A stretch of 64,000 nucleotides of DNA, taken from the IMG/VR virus record IMGVR_UViG_3300032116_014939, positions 124,001-188,000 of that record. One strand, written 5' to 3'. The first letter of the stretch is position 1, and every line of letters starts with the position of its first letter. The notes beneath the pieces are model-generated. The model was not told the origin of the DNA. It did no database searches and saw only the letters and a program-made list of their open reading frames with translations. Of this stretch, positions 28,308 through 38,702 are shown in pieces. A program made the position numbers and the translations under genes.

Positions 28308-31099
28308 ACCATTTCTTCCCATCCTTCTTCCGCTAATTCATAAATGTATTCAGGGTCAATTCCTCGTTTACCCCAATACACCATTTCTTGGTCTGTAATA
28401 GTTAACAAATCTTCAATACTATCTTGGTCGGCAGGTTCAAAAGGAACACCATTAATTAGTTTACATTGTTCTTTGGTAAATAAAGCTCTGTCTTTAGGGT
28501 CGGTAACAATTAGATTATTTCTAACTTCTTCATTAAACACAATTAACAAAGGTTCAATTCTTTTATTAAATGTAACAATCGCTCTAGCTACGTTATATTC
28601 ACCTGTCATATCAGGATTTGATTCCAATTCAGATGGGTCAAGACGATAACAATTAAGTTTTACATACGATTCAACCATTTCACGAGGTATTTTACCATAT
28701 CCTTCCATCATATTATCCAAATCAGATTGTGACCATCCTTTTTTAGGTTTATTAACCTTTTGAACGTCACCATGTGATGCTTTCACACCATTGTTCACAT
28801 AGAATATCACATCACCTAAACTAACCGCAATTCCATCTCTCATTGCCAATTCCATATGAGCCATACGAGACATTTCATTACCGGCCTTGGTCTTTTCCTT
28901 TGAACGTTTGTTATAATCATCAATTGATAATTTAACTTTCGCTCTTTGGGCAATCTTCATTAAAGGAATTTGTTGGTTAAAGATTACTTCTAAATATTCA
29001 TAATACCACTCAACAAATGCTTGTCCATTACCTTCTAACAACATCTTAATTCCTTTATCCAAAAAGTCCTCAATGTAAAGTGGTAATTTCTTACTCTTGA
29101 TTGAGTTACCTGTGAGTTTAATCTTACCATTATGTTCCATTGTTGCGTAGTTCTTACGAGCAATGTTCATACAGGATTTCCAAGTTCCATCACAATCAAG
29201 TCCCATAGCCCCTTTCATAAACATATCGTTAAACTCGGCAACATCAGCGTCGTAACCTGTGTATTCTTTACCTTCTTTAACTAACCAATTTTTACCCTTA
29301 CCGATGTATCTTCTATCATCAACACCACCTTCAGGTAACGAGAAATTCATACCATCCGTATCACATACAAGTGGGGTATATCCTCGTTTCATAAAGAAAC
29401 GTAACATCTGACGAAGGTATTGTCGTCCTGTACAGGTAATCTGTTCACCCATATACATGTCACCCCAGTGATATACTTGTGGAGCGGATAACGCTCCGAA
29501 CATTGAGTTGATGAAAATCTTAATTGGTAATTGTTTTCTGTCGTAAGATGTTGCTTGTTTTTTATCAATATCCTGATATTCTTTCGCCAAGTTTTTATAC
29601 TTGATACGAGTATTACGGAAGTAATTTAACATTCCTTTCATTGCTCCTGTAATATCACAAGTTGGGAATACATCGTGAACAAGTTGTATTGACGGATAAA
29701 GTGATGAGAAGTCAAGTTTCAATACATCTGTTGAATAACCTACTTTAAGTAGTCGTGATAAACCACCAACAAATTCTGTCTTTTCATTCTTAGCAGGAAT
29801 AGCCAACATGTGTTTATAAGACCATGCTCTCATTTGGATTTCCCATAATGTTGCAGTTCCCATTGTAGAAACCCTTTCATATGTTGTTGGAACCAAAGAT
29901 GCAAGTAAGAATGAACCCTGATTGAATTCTTCATCAACCGTTAAAGTTTCCTCCAAGTCATCGTCAAGATATCGTTCAACCAAATCATCACCTGTTGTTT
30001 TGATATATATGTTTGAATGTTTAGAACACGCTTCGTCAATCTTTGGGTCAACCCCCACTTTTTTATATTTTCCGTTTTGAATGTTTAACCAAAACTCTTC
30101 TTTCTTTGCATAAAATGGACCAATATCTGTGTGGTCAATATAAACACGGTCAGGTGCTTCAGCCTTAATGTATTGGGTAATATATTTCAAACCCGCAGAT
30201 TTGATAGATGAGTTGATTGCCTGAGCTCTTCTAACTGCGTGTAACGTATCAACAACGTTATAACCCCACATAGATGTCTGATTAAATCTCTCAACCTCAT
30301 TTGCAAGTTTTAATAAACTTTCAGATTGTTTAATTGGATTGATTGGATTAAGAGTTTTGGCAACTTTCTTAATATCCAACTTTAAAGCTTTGGCTCTTTC
30401 AAATAACCAAAACCAGTCAAAGTTAAATCCGTTATAAGACGCGATGATACTTGGTTTAAGTTCATCTATGGTATTAAAAAATTTAATAATACCTTCTCTT
30501 TCTTGTTCTTCAGTTGAACACTCAATTACCTGACTAAAACCTTTATTGGTTTTCATTCCTATCATGAATATACGACCATCCTTTGGTTCTAATGCGGTCG
30601 TCTCTAAGTCAAATACAAACCTCGTAATACTGTTGTAATCGTCAAATCCCTTGAATAATCGTTTTTCTTTTGTAACCAAGAATTGTTCAACAGGTGGTAA
30701 TATTAATACTAAACCTTTTGTTGTTTCACCCCATGGGTCAACACCACCATCTCTAAAAAATTGGATGAGAGAACGATATCCGTTTAAGGATTTAACCATA
30801 AAGGTTAAACCTTTTTCTAATCTTTCGTTACCATCAGTTCTTAATTTTTCAATGACAATTTTATGTTTTGTCATTGCCTCTTTTTGTAATGCTTTTGAGG
30901 ATTTATAAAAATTTAACCCACGTAAATCACCTACCCAAGCAAATGGGATGAAGGTATCTTTTTTAATTTGTTTTCCGTGAATTGGGTGTTCGATAATTTT
31001 CCAAACACAATCTTTGACGTAATCGTATTCGACACTGACGATATATTTTTCGTCATCATTTCCCTGAAGGAAATTTTCAATTTCTTCGTTTGATATCAT
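28304..31099 (-). CDS. polB: DNA polymerase family B
   Basis: Exo I FDLETT, Exo II YNGFNFD; polymerase DFSSLYPS, KIFINSMFG, CDTDG. Confidence 0.95.
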   Translation of the reverse strand: MISNEEIENFLQGNDDEKYIVSVEYDYVKDCVWKIIEHPIHGKQIKKDTFIPFAWVGDLRGLNFYKSSKALQKEAMTKHKIVIEKLRTDGNERLEKGLTFMVKSLNGYRSLIQFFRDGGVDPWGETTKGLVLILPPVEQFLVTKEKRLFKGFDDYNSITRFVFDLETTALEPKDGRIFMIGMKTNKGFSQVIECSTEEQEREGIIKFFNTIDELKPSIIASYNGFNFDWFWLFERAKALKLDIKKVAKTLNPINPIKQSESLLKLANEVERFNQTSMWGYNVVDTLHAVRRAQAINSSIKSAGLKYITQYIKAEAPDRVYIDHTDIGPFYAKKEEFWLNIQNGKYKKVGVDPKIDEACSKHSNIYIKTTGDDLVERYLDDDLEETLTVDEEFNQGSFLLASLVPTTYERVSTMGTATLWEIQMRAWSYKHMLAIPAKNEKTEFVGGLSRLLKVGYSTDVLKLDFSSLYPSIQLVHDVFPTCDITGAMKGMLNYFRNTRIKYKNLAKEYQDIDKKQATSYDRKQLPIKIFINSMFGALSAPQVYHWGDMYMGEQITCTGRQYLRQMLRFFMKRGYTPLVCDTDGMNFSLPEGGVDDRRYIGKGKNWLVKEGKEYTGYDADVAEFNDMFMKGAMGLDCDGTWKSCMNIARKNYATMEHNGKIKLTGNSIKSKKLPLYIEDFLDKGIKMLLEGNGQAFVEWYYEYLEVIFNQQIPLMKIAQRAKVKLSIDDYNKRSKEKTKAGNEMSRMAHMELAMRDGIAVSLGDVIFYVNNGVKASHGDVQKVNKPKKGWSQSDLDNMMEGYGKIPREMVESYVKLNCYRLDPSELESNPDMTGEYNVARAIVTFNKRIEPLLIVFNEEVRNNLIVTDPKDRALFTKEQCKLINGVPFEPADQDSIEDLLTITDQEMVYWGKRGIDPEYIYELAEEGWEEMV

Positions 31100-31156
31100 A
31101 AAATTTAAAATGGTGTATTTGCTTCCGAAATTAAGGTCGGAATTTACCTTGTATGG

Positions 31157-31188
31157 TAAGTTTAACCAATCAAATATTATAAGTCAAA
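31157..31188 (-). promoter_or_regulatory. Candidate Bacteroidota-type promoter for polB
   Basis: Minus strand TTTG-N20-TAAACTTA, a near match to the consensus. Confidence 0.4.
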
Positions 31189-31194
31189 TTAAAT

Positions 31195-34119
31195 TTAAGC
31201 TTGTTTCTGAATTTGTATTTTGTTTTCTGCGGTAAATGTTCTGGCTGAGAATGTGTAAAGACTTTCACCAGCGTAGTCTATAGTTTGATTTACACCATTA
31301 CAATCCACATAATTTAAAGTTAAGTCAGGTGGTAATGTTTGACAATAAGTCGTCGCTTGGAAATTATAACAACTTGTAGATGAATAAGTTCCTAAATCAA
31401 TTAAATCAAATCCGTCAGGTGATGCTGGACCTGATATCCATCGTGGCGGATAACTCGCGTAAGACACAACTGTCATATAACCAATATCACTAAGAGAACC
31501 TAAAGTTTGACTAACATAATTACCATTAATATCTCTATATTGAACAACCATACTTGATACTGAACAGTCACCATTCTTTTCATTACCAATCACATACATA
31601 TTTAAAGGTTCCGCAGGTGATGGTGATGGAGTTAAACTAACTGTAGGAGTTACCGTTGGTGTTTTAGTTACTGTTGGCGTGTTAGTTGGGGTTGATGTTA
31701 TTGTTGGAGTTTGTGTAACTGTTGGTGTATTTGTAGGAGTTTGACTTGGAGTTACAGTATTAGTTGGAGTTTGAGTTACAGTTGCGGTATTAGTAGGGGT
31801 TTGGGTTACGGTAGGAGTATTTGTTGGTGTATTTGTTGGTGTTTCAGTATTAGTTGGAGTAGGTGTTGTTGTTGGTGTTGGAGACGCGTAAATTGTTGGA
31901 GTAACCGATGGTGTTGGCGTAATAGTTGGAGTAACTGATGGTGTTGGTGTGACGGTAGGTGTCGGTGTTGGTGTTGGTCTACTTGGGTCAAAACAAGTTA
32001 AAATTAAAGTTTGGTCATCCTCAATTAAATGTAAATAAAAGTTATTATAACAACAATTAGGTATTGTAGTATTGTTAACTGTAAATGGGAATGTCTGACC
32101 TGATGTAATCAAATATCTTGGATTTGATTCTGAAACATCATAATATAAATTAAATGTTCTATCGGCAAAAGTAGTTGAGGTAACTGTAAGATTATTACCT
32201 GAAACTAATAAACAAATATCGTTAATTAATCCGTCAGAACAATCGGGACATCCGTAGTCAAAAAGTAAAAACGGACTTTTTAAAATATCAAAATTATGTA
32301 TAACTTCAGGATAACTTAATGGTTCTGTATACATTCTGAATTGAGAAATTGCACCATCAAACGTTCCACCAAAAGTTGGTTCTAATAGTATATTGGTTGT
32401 TAAACCTGATAATGAAGTTCCTGACAATGTTTGATTTGGCATAACCTCAGGGTCTTGCATGTATGTCAATCCTGTTAAGGTTGTTGGACATCCGGTAAAA
32501 GTTAAACTCTCTCTTAAACCTTGTGTTCCACCACCCCAAGAAATATTAAATGGAACACCTAATTGTTTTTCTTTTTCTGTATTTAGAGCTCTTGGGATTA
32601 CCTCTTCAAATCCGTTAATAACATAGAATAATCTTCCGTTAATATAGATTTTTAACACACCTAATCTATCTTCTCTCTCAATTAACCATCTTTCATTTAG
32701 GTTAACTATCTCAACTTGTTCCGCAGGTGTTGAACCTGTATGTGTTATTGGTGGTTCGATTAATAATACGGTATTATTTGATAAACTATCAACATATTCT
32801 GTATCACTAATTAGTCCTAACCCTCCTCTGTAATATAAATCACAAGTATCAAAATAAGTACTTCTTTCCCACACACAATCTACTAAAATCCAATGTTCTT
32901 TTGTTGTATAATCAGAATTTAAACTTTCACAATAATCAAAAATTTGATTTGATGAACAATATTCAGTAATAGTATATCCTGTTTGATATGTAATACCTGT
33001 TGTTGGACAAGTACCAGTAGTGACACATCCACCTGTAAATGTTAATACTTTAACACAAACTTTTGGATTTTTAGGGTCACCTGATAACCTCAATGAAAAT
33101 GAATTTGACATTGAATCGTATAACGGGTCTTTGTCACTATTTGGAACTTGGGTGGTTGCGTTACACCCACAATTACAATCTGTATTATGTTGTGGACTAT
33201 AAACCAAAGGTTCATATACTTCAACACATCTTGAATTGGTCACACCCGTGTTTGAACAAGCACAAGTTTCTAAACATCCACTTAAAACACTTGTAACTCT
33301 TGTGTATCCACTATCTGAAGATGGTGAACCTGATGCGTGATGGTAGAATTTATTTTCAGCTCTCGCCCCAAAGTAGAAAAAAGTATTTTCATTTTCAGGA
33401 TATGTTAAATTTAAAGTTGTTTGAGATGATGTCGGCGCAAATTCATCAACATATCTTGGTCTAATTAACATTTCAACAGTCCATCCTTCGTTTGTTCTAC
33501 TTGGAAATGTTTCGTAGTCATATCCAAACAATCTAAAGAAACCTTGATAAAACCCTCCATACAATTGATTGTAATATGTAATAGTATAACCTGATTCTGA
33601 AACCATATTATACAAAGTTTGTTTTGTATTTCCTGAAAATCTTTCGTTTGGAGGATTCGTATATCCAGTTACCTGAAATAATTTTGTTCTTCTATCAAAA
33701 TAATATCTATCCCACTTACTTGACCCAGTAAATAAACCCATTGTGTAATTAATTGTTTCACCTGTCATCTGTGGTACTAAACCATTATCTATGCCTGTTA
33801 ATCCAATATCACATAATGTAGATGCGGTTAAACAATTTAAATCATCATTTAGTGGATTGTAATAATTTAATGAAACTAAAGTATTACCTGATAAAAAATC
33901 ACCATAGTTAATTGTTAGTTCTTGTGATGATAAAGGATTATTTAAATCAAAATAAATAGGTAATCTATTACCATCATTATAACCAATAAGATTAGTTGAA
34001 AATACAACTTCTTCGTTATAATCTTTTTCATCCGATGCTAAACAAATGTCAAAAATTTTTGGGACAGGTTTAACATACCACTTTTTAAAATTGAATTGAT
34101 TTATATTCTGTTGAGCCAT
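31195..34119 (-). CDS. Virion structural protein with LamG/ConA-like region, Cys-rich segments and Pro-Thr linker
   Basis: GWTVEMLIR, LKIYING, FGGTFDGAISQFRMYTEPLS (LamG-like); ~120 aa TPT tract; late promoter at 34126-34133. Confidence 0.65.
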   Translation of the reverse strand: MAQQNINQFNFKKWYVKPVPKIFDICLASDEKDYNEEVVFSTNLIGYNDGNRLPIYFDLNNPLSSQELTINYGDFLSGNTLVSLNYYNPLNDDLNCLTASTLCDIGLTGIDNGLVPQMTGETINYTMGLFTGSSKWDRYYFDRRTKLFQVTGYTNPPNERFSGNTKQTLYNMVSESGYTITYYNQLYGGFYQGFFRLFGYDYETFPSRTNEGWTVEMLIRPRYVDEFAPTSSQTTLNLTYPENENTFFYFGARAENKFYHHASGSPSSDSGYTRVTSVLSGCLETCACSNTGVTNSRCVEVYEPLVYSPQHNTDCNCGCNATTQVPNSDKDPLYDSMSNSFSLRLSGDPKNPKVCVKVLTFTGGCVTTGTCPTTGITYQTGYTITEYCSSNQIFDYCESLNSDYTTKEHWILVDCVWERSTYFDTCDLYYRGGLGLISDTEYVDSLSNNTVLLIEPPITHTGSTPAEQVEIVNLNERWLIEREDRLGVLKIYINGRLFYVINGFEEVIPRALNTEKEKQLGVPFNISWGGGTQGLRESLTFTGCPTTLTGLTYMQDPEVMPNQTLSGTSLSGLTTNILLEPTFGGTFDGAISQFRMYTEPLSYPEVIHNFDILKSPFLLFDYGCPDCSDGLINDICLLVSGNNLTVTSTTFADRTFNLYYDVSESNPRYLITSGQTFPFTVNNTTIPNCCYNNFYLHLIEDDQTLILTCFDPSRPTPTPTPTVTPTPSVTPTITPTPSVTPTIYASPTPTTTPTPTNTETPTNTPTNTPTVTQTPTNTATVTQTPTNTVTPSQTPTNTPTVTQTPTITSTPTNTPTVTKTPTVTPTVSLTPSPSPAEPLNMYVIGNEKNGDCSVSSMVVQYRDINGNYVSQTLGSLSDIGYMTVVSYASYPPRWISGPASPDGFDLIDLGTYSSTSCYNFQATTYCQTLPPDLTLNYVDCNGVNQTIDYAGESLYTFSARTFTAENKIQIQKQA
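31615..31985 (-). repeat. Coding Thr-Pro low-complexity repeat (mucin-like)
   Basis: PTPTPTPTVTPTPSVTPTIT...TPTNTPTVTQTPTNT...; degenerate 6/12-nt periodicity. Confidence 0.9.
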
Positions 34120-34125
34120 TCTATT

Positions 34126-34153
34126 GATAAATAGTTAAATCCAAGTATTTATA
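34126..34153. promoter_or_regulatory. Back-to-back divergent late promoters
   Basis: TATTTATC on minus (34126-34133) and TATTTATA on plus (34146-34153) in a 47-nt intergenic gap. Confidence 0.65.
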
Positions 34154-34166
34154 TGTAAAAAGCCAA

Positions 34167-35036
34167 ATGGAATTTAATAAAGAATATTTTAGTTCACCAT
34201 ATTACTTCTATATCAAAGAGGGGAAGCAAGATATTTCTGTATATTTTAGTGTTTCTAATACATTAACTGAAGCCAGAAAAAAAGATGAAGTTGTTAAATT
34301 CGACAAGAAAGATAAAAAAGAGGTTGAAAAAACAATTTCAAAAATTCAAAAAGAAAAAAAATTAAAAAATAATTCTGACGTTAAAAAAACTTTAAATAAG
34401 AAAAAAGACGAATTAGAAGAATTAGTTGATTATGATGGAAGTTTTTTAAGTTCTAAAATTCCAATTTTTAATCCTTATCTTTCACCAAAGAGTACAATGG
34501 ACCAGGAGGTTGTTGCAACAAGACAAACAAACAATCCTGTTACTCGTGGATATCGTGTATATTGGGGTGAGGGTGAGGAAGAAACTGACGAGGTAATTAA
34601 TGAAACTGACTTTTCAGATGCATTTGGATATGAAGAAACAAAAGACAAAAATGGCCCTGAAACTTTCAAAACATTTGTTAAAGAGTTAGGTTTAGATAAA
34701 GAAGAGGCGGCTGAAAGAACAAGACAACAAGGTAAAGAACCTGACGCTAAAAAACATAGACAAAAATTAGAAAGAGTTCCCAAAAAAATTAAAAAACAAA
34801 AAGGTTTTATTGATAGAATGACTATTTCTGAAAAAGAAAATTTGGAAGAAGAGAAAAAAGAAATGATGAAAAAAATGGTTGAAGATATAGTTCTTAAGAA
34901 AAAATCAGGTGACAAAGAAATGGGTAAGAAAAGTGGGTTGAGTAAAGTCCTTATGAAAAATTTAGAAAATATTAAAAAATTGGCCGACAAAGAAGGTATT
35001 GAAATAAATGACTTGGTTAAAATACTTAAGAAATGA
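34167..35036 (+). CDS. Highly charged late hypothetical protein
   Basis: K/E-rich ORF downstream of the late motif. Confidence 0.8.
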   Translation: MEFNKEYFSSPYYFYIKEGKQDISVYFSVSNTLTEARKKDEVVKFDKKDKKEVEKTISKIQKEKKLKNNSDVKKTLNKKKDELEELVDYDGSFLSSKIPIFNPYLSPKSTMDQEVVATRQTNNPVTRGYRVYWGEGEEETDEVINETDFSDAFGYEETKDKNGPETFKTFVKELGLDKEEAAERTRQQGKEPDAKKHRQKLERVPKKIKKQKGFIDRMTISEKENLEEEKKEMMKKMVEDIVLKKKSGDKEMGKKSGLSKVLMKNLENIKKLADKEGIEINDLVKILKK

Positions 35037-35449
35037 ATAGTGAAATGTATGGAAATACATACGAGGTTCCTCACAACGTATTATCGTCTTTAGAAAATTT
35101 TAAAGACGAAAAAACTATTCATAATATTTTTACAAATGGATTTTTAACATATCAAAATATGAAGAAAATACTTCATGATATTGATAATGGTAAATTTGGT
35201 AATAAAGATTTAAGTACTTTAAAATCATTTATAACACAAAATTTAGATTCAGATAGAGGAAGTATTAAGAGACAAAAAAGAGATGCTTCGGATTCAGGAA
35301 TGCAAAACCAATATTTATCAACACATAGAAAAGATAATGTTAGGGATTTAAACAGACCTTCTAAAAGTCATCACTCTATTTATGAAGATTACAATAAAGA
35401 AGTTGTAGATAATTTAAAAAGAATAAACGAAATAATGAAAAAATTATAA
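35033..35449 (+). CDS. Hypothetical late protein
   Basis: Coupled ORF (ATGA overlap); ends NLKRINEIMKKL. Confidence 0.75.
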   Translation: MNSEMYGNTYEVPHNVLSSLENFKDEKTIHNIFTNGFLTYQNMKKILHDIDNGKFGNKDLSTLKSFITQNLDSDRGSIKRQKRDASDSGMQNQYLSTHRKDNVRDLNRPSKSHHSIYEDYNKEVVDNLKRINEIMKKL

Positions 35450-35453
35450 AATT

Positions 35454-35747
35454 ATGGCATCAAAAGTTCCAATAGATTTAAACCAACCAGATAATACTTT
35501 AAGTGCTATTGCCGAAAAAGTTAGAAAAGACTTGGTTACAAGAAATGATTATAAATCAAATGCTAATGAATATGGTGTAACTAATCCTGACGCTATCTCT
35601 GATGGTGACGGTAAAGGAAGAGGAACAGGAGTATTTTTAGATATATTTAATGGTGGTACATCTACAGACCAAGTTACTAAAGTTGATAATATTAAACTAA
35701 ACAAATACAGTTCAAAAAATCCTTATAATTCACCTTCAACAGAATGA
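35454..35747 (+). CDS. Hypothetical late protein
   Basis: Coupled ORF; DAISDGDGKGRGTG motif. Confidence 0.75.
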   Translation: MASKVPIDLNQPDNTLSAIAEKVRKDLVTRNDYKSNANEYGVTNPDAISDGDGKGRGTGVFLDIFNGGTSTDQVTKVDNIKLNKYSSKNPYNSPSTE

Positions 35748-36136
35748 AGCTTTACAACGTCATAAAACAACTTATTTTTGAAGCAAGTAGTGAAGAAATT
35801 ACTAATGCAATAAAAAATAGAAATGTTGCAATAATTTACTATGACGGAGAAGATAACGGTGGTAAGGGACTTCGTGTTATTGAACCTTTTTGTTACGGAA
35901 CATCAAAAAGAGGTAACAAAGTAATAAGAGCATGGGAAAGAGAAGGTGCTTCACACACCGCAACAATAGGTGACCAACCATTACCAGGTTGGAGATTATT
36001 TAGGGTGGATAGAATTGGAAGCTTTTCATCTGACCCACGTGAAAAATTTGATGTAATAAGACCAAATTACAATCCTGAAGATAAAGGAATGGTCGGATTA
36101 AGAGTATGTACAAAATTTGAATTAGAAAATGAATGA
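35744..36136 (+). CDS. Stand-alone WYL-like domain protein
   Basis: IIYY...RVIEPFCYG...VIRAW...GWRLFRVDRI. Confidence 0.7.
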   Translation: MKLYNVIKQLIFEASSEEITNAIKNRNVAIIYYDGEDNGGKGLRVIEPFCYGTSKRGNKVIRAWEREGASHTATIGDQPLPGWRLFRVDRIGSFSSDPREKFDVIRPNYNPEDKGMVGLRVCTKFELENE

Positions 36137-36701
36137 TTTAATGCAAAAACTAATGTTGTCTAAAGAAATTATGAATAGACACGACGAAATGGACAAGGGA
36201 AGTTCATCTAAAAGGTCATCATCAACTCAACAATTAGTTAGAGAATATGATGAGGCTCCTATACCCGCAACTTATAATATACCACAAGAATTTTTAGCAC
36301 AAGAACAACCAAAAGCAGTTGCCCCAAAAGTTATGACAGAAGATAGAATAAAAAATTCTAAACTACCTGACGCAATCAAAAGATTGATGATGGAACACCC
36401 AATAGACCAACCACAACAATATCAGGCAACAATTTCAGATGATGTTATTGAAAAAGCCGCAAGACTAATGGGTAATAACAAAACCCAAGTTGCAGAATCA
36501 AAAAAACAAGAACCATCATACACATCTAACGGATTATCTGCGTCGGATATTAAAAAAATTGTAAGGGAAACGGTTGAAGAAGTTTTAAGTGAAAATGGAC
36601 TTCTTGTTGAGTCTTCTCAAAAATCAAATGAAATTATGACTATCAAAGTAGGTAAACACATTTTTGAAGGTAAAATTTCAAAAGTTAAAAAAGTTCAATA
36701 A
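36129..36701 (+). CDS. Hypothetical late protein
   Basis: DIKKIVRETVEEVL segment; last gene before the terminator. Confidence 0.75.
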   Translation: MNDLMQKLMLSKEIMNRHDEMDKGSSSKRSSSTQQLVREYDEAPIPATYNIPQEFLAQEQPKAVAPKVMTEDRIKNSKLPDAIKRLMMEHPIDQPQQYQATISDDVIEKAARLMGNNKTQVAESKKQEPSYTSNGLSASDIKKIVRETVEEVLSENGLLVESSQKSNEIMTIKVGKHIFEGKISKVKKVQ

Positions 36702-36723
36702 AATTAAATACACTAAAAATTTT

Positions 36724-36749
36724 GTCCTCCTTGTGAGGACTTTTTTTTT
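36724..36749 (+). terminator. Intrinsic terminator
   Basis: GTCCTC-CTTGT-GAGGAC followed by 9 T. Confidence 0.85.
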
Positions 36750-36792
36750 GTTATAGTTGAATTATAAATGTCTTTCTATTATCTTTTAGATT

Positions 36793-38007
36793 ATGAAAGA
36801 AAAAATTAAAGTTTTAGTTATCCCTTCTGACACTACAGGTGTTGGAAGATTTAGGTCAATCACTCCTCATACTCATTTACAATCAAAATACGGTGAAGAT
36901 TTTCATGTTGATATTGAATTCAACCCTGATTTGACTAATATAAATTATTTTAAGGATTATCAAATAATTCACTATCACCGTTCTCTTGGTCAAGATATGG
37001 ATAAGTCAGTACAAATAGTACCGATTCTTAATTCTTTGGGCATTATTACTATCTGTGATTTAGATGATTACTGGTTACCTGGCAAAGAACATCCTCTTCA
37101 TCAGTTGATTGTACAAGAAAAAATACATGAAAAAATTATTGCAAATTTAAAAGTTGCTCAATATGTAACTACAACAACTGAGTTATTTGCGGATGAAATA
37201 CGTAAATACAATAAAAATGTTGTAATTTTTCCAAATGCAATTGACCAAAATGAAGCTCAATTTAAAGAACCTACTGAAGAATCTGATTTAGTTAGAATTG
37301 GTTGGTTAGGTGGTTCATCTCACTTACATGATTTAAAACTTCTTGACGGTATGGTTTCAAAACTATCAGACATACAAAAAAATCTTCAATTTGTTGTTTG
37401 TGGTTTTGACACACGTGGTATGATGACAGAAATTAATCAGGCAACTGGAGAACAAACAAGAAGACCAATTAAACCACACGAAACTGTATGGTATGATTAC
37501 GAAAAGATTTTTACAAACAATTACTCAATTGTTACACCTGAATATAAAAAACATTTAGAACTTTTTGTTCAAACACCTTACGAAAATGAACAAAACCAAC
37601 CATACAGAAGAGTTTGGACAAAACCTGTTACATCTTATGCTCGTAATTATTCAAAATTTGACATATCTTTGGCACCAATTAAACAACATATGTTTAACAA
37701 AGTAAAATCACAACTTAAAGTTATTGAAGCAGGTTTTTATAAAAAAGCATTAATCGCCAGTAACTATGGGCCATATACTATTGATTTAAAACACGCAATG
37801 AAAAATGGTGAATTTACTGATGGTAACGCTCTTTTAGTTGATGACGCAAGAAATCATAGTGATTGGGCTAAATATGTTAAAAAATTGGTTCAAAACCCAA
37901 ATATGAGAATTGACATGGGTGAAAGATTATATGAATATGTTTCACAAAGATATAGTTTAGATGTAGTAACAAAAACAAGAGCAGAATTTTATAAATCAAT
38001 CGTATGA
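36793..38007 (+). CDS. Glycosyltransferase, GT-B fold (GT4-like)
   Basis: GVGRFR, DLDDYW, IFPNAID, RIGWLGGSSH, DISLAP...KSQLKVIEAG..ALIASNYGPY. Confidence 0.85.
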   Translation: MKEKIKVLVIPSDTTGVGRFRSITPHTHLQSKYGEDFHVDIEFNPDLTNINYFKDYQIIHYHRSLGQDMDKSVQIVPILNSLGIITICDLDDYWLPGKEHPLHQLIVQEKIHEKIIANLKVAQYVTTTTELFADEIRKYNKNVVIFPNAIDQNEAQFKEPTEESDLVRIGWLGGSSHLHDLKLLDGMVSKLSDIQKNLQFVVCGFDTRGMMTEINQATGEQTRRPIKPHETVWYDYEKIFTNNYSIVTPEYKKHLELFVQTPYENEQNQPYRRVWTKPVTSYARNYSKFDISLAPIKQHMFNKVKSQLKVIEAGFYKKALIASNYGPYTIDLKHAMKNGEFTDGNALLVDDARNHSDWAKYVKKLVQNPNMRIDMGERLYEYVSQRYSLDVVTKTRAEFYKSIV

Positions 38008-38702
38008 TAAAACACCCATTACACAAAATTTTATTTATTGACATTGAAACTGTCGGGGTTTCAAGTAACTATGAAAATTTTAAAAAGGATTATCCTGAAC
38101 TTCATTTCCAATTTATCAATTATTTAGATTGGTTTCAAAAAAGGTTTCCTGAAGACGCTGAAAAAAGTATTGATGAAATTTTTGTTAATCGTGCGGCTTT
38201 AGTTCCTGAGTTCTCAAAGATTGTTTGTGTTTCAGTAGGATTTCTTGACCCAAAGGGTGACATTAAAAAACAAAGTTTTTTTAACTCAGATGAAAAAGTA
38301 TTACTTACAGATGTAAACACATTGTTAAATCGAGTTGATAAGTTAGGTTTTATCCTTTGTGGACATAATCTTAAAAACTTTGATATTCCTGTATTGGCAA
38401 AAAGAATGTTAGTTAATGGTATTTTACCATCATCTATCCTTCCATCTTACGATACTAAACCTTGGGAGATTAAAGCAATTGATACAAAAGAAATTTGGCA
38501 ATATGGACAATTTGGAGCAATAAGTTCATTAGAACTAATGTGTGTATCTCTTGGTGTTGAGACTTCTAAAAATATGGAAGTCACGGGAAATAAAGTTCAC
38601 AACGCATTTTGGAATAAAAACAAATACCAAGAAATCCAAGATTATTGTGAGAAAGATGTTGAAGTACTAATTAAAGTTTTAATAAAATTAACAAATTTAT
38701 GA
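38004..38702 (+). CDS. Stand-alone PolB-type 3'-5' exonuclease (DEDD)
   Basis: FIDIET, GHNLKNFDIP, IDT, YCEKDV. Confidence 0.85.
   Translation: MIKHPLHKILFIDIETVGVSSNYENFKKDYPELHFQFINYLDWFQKRFPEDAEKSIDEIFVNRAALVPEFSKIVCVSVGFLDPKGDIKKQSFFNSDEKVLLTDVNTLLNRVDKLGFILCGHNLKNFDIPVLAKRMLVNGILPSSILPSYDTKPWEIKAIDTKEIWQYGQFGAISSLELMCVSLGVETSKNMEVTGNKVHNAFWNKNKYQEIQDYCEKDVEVLIKVLIKLTNL

Noticed and set aside
31615-31985. Repetitive DNA resembling a CRISPR array or microsatellite
   Set aside because: Degenerate codon-level repeat encoding Pro-Thr; no fixed repeat with unique spacers.
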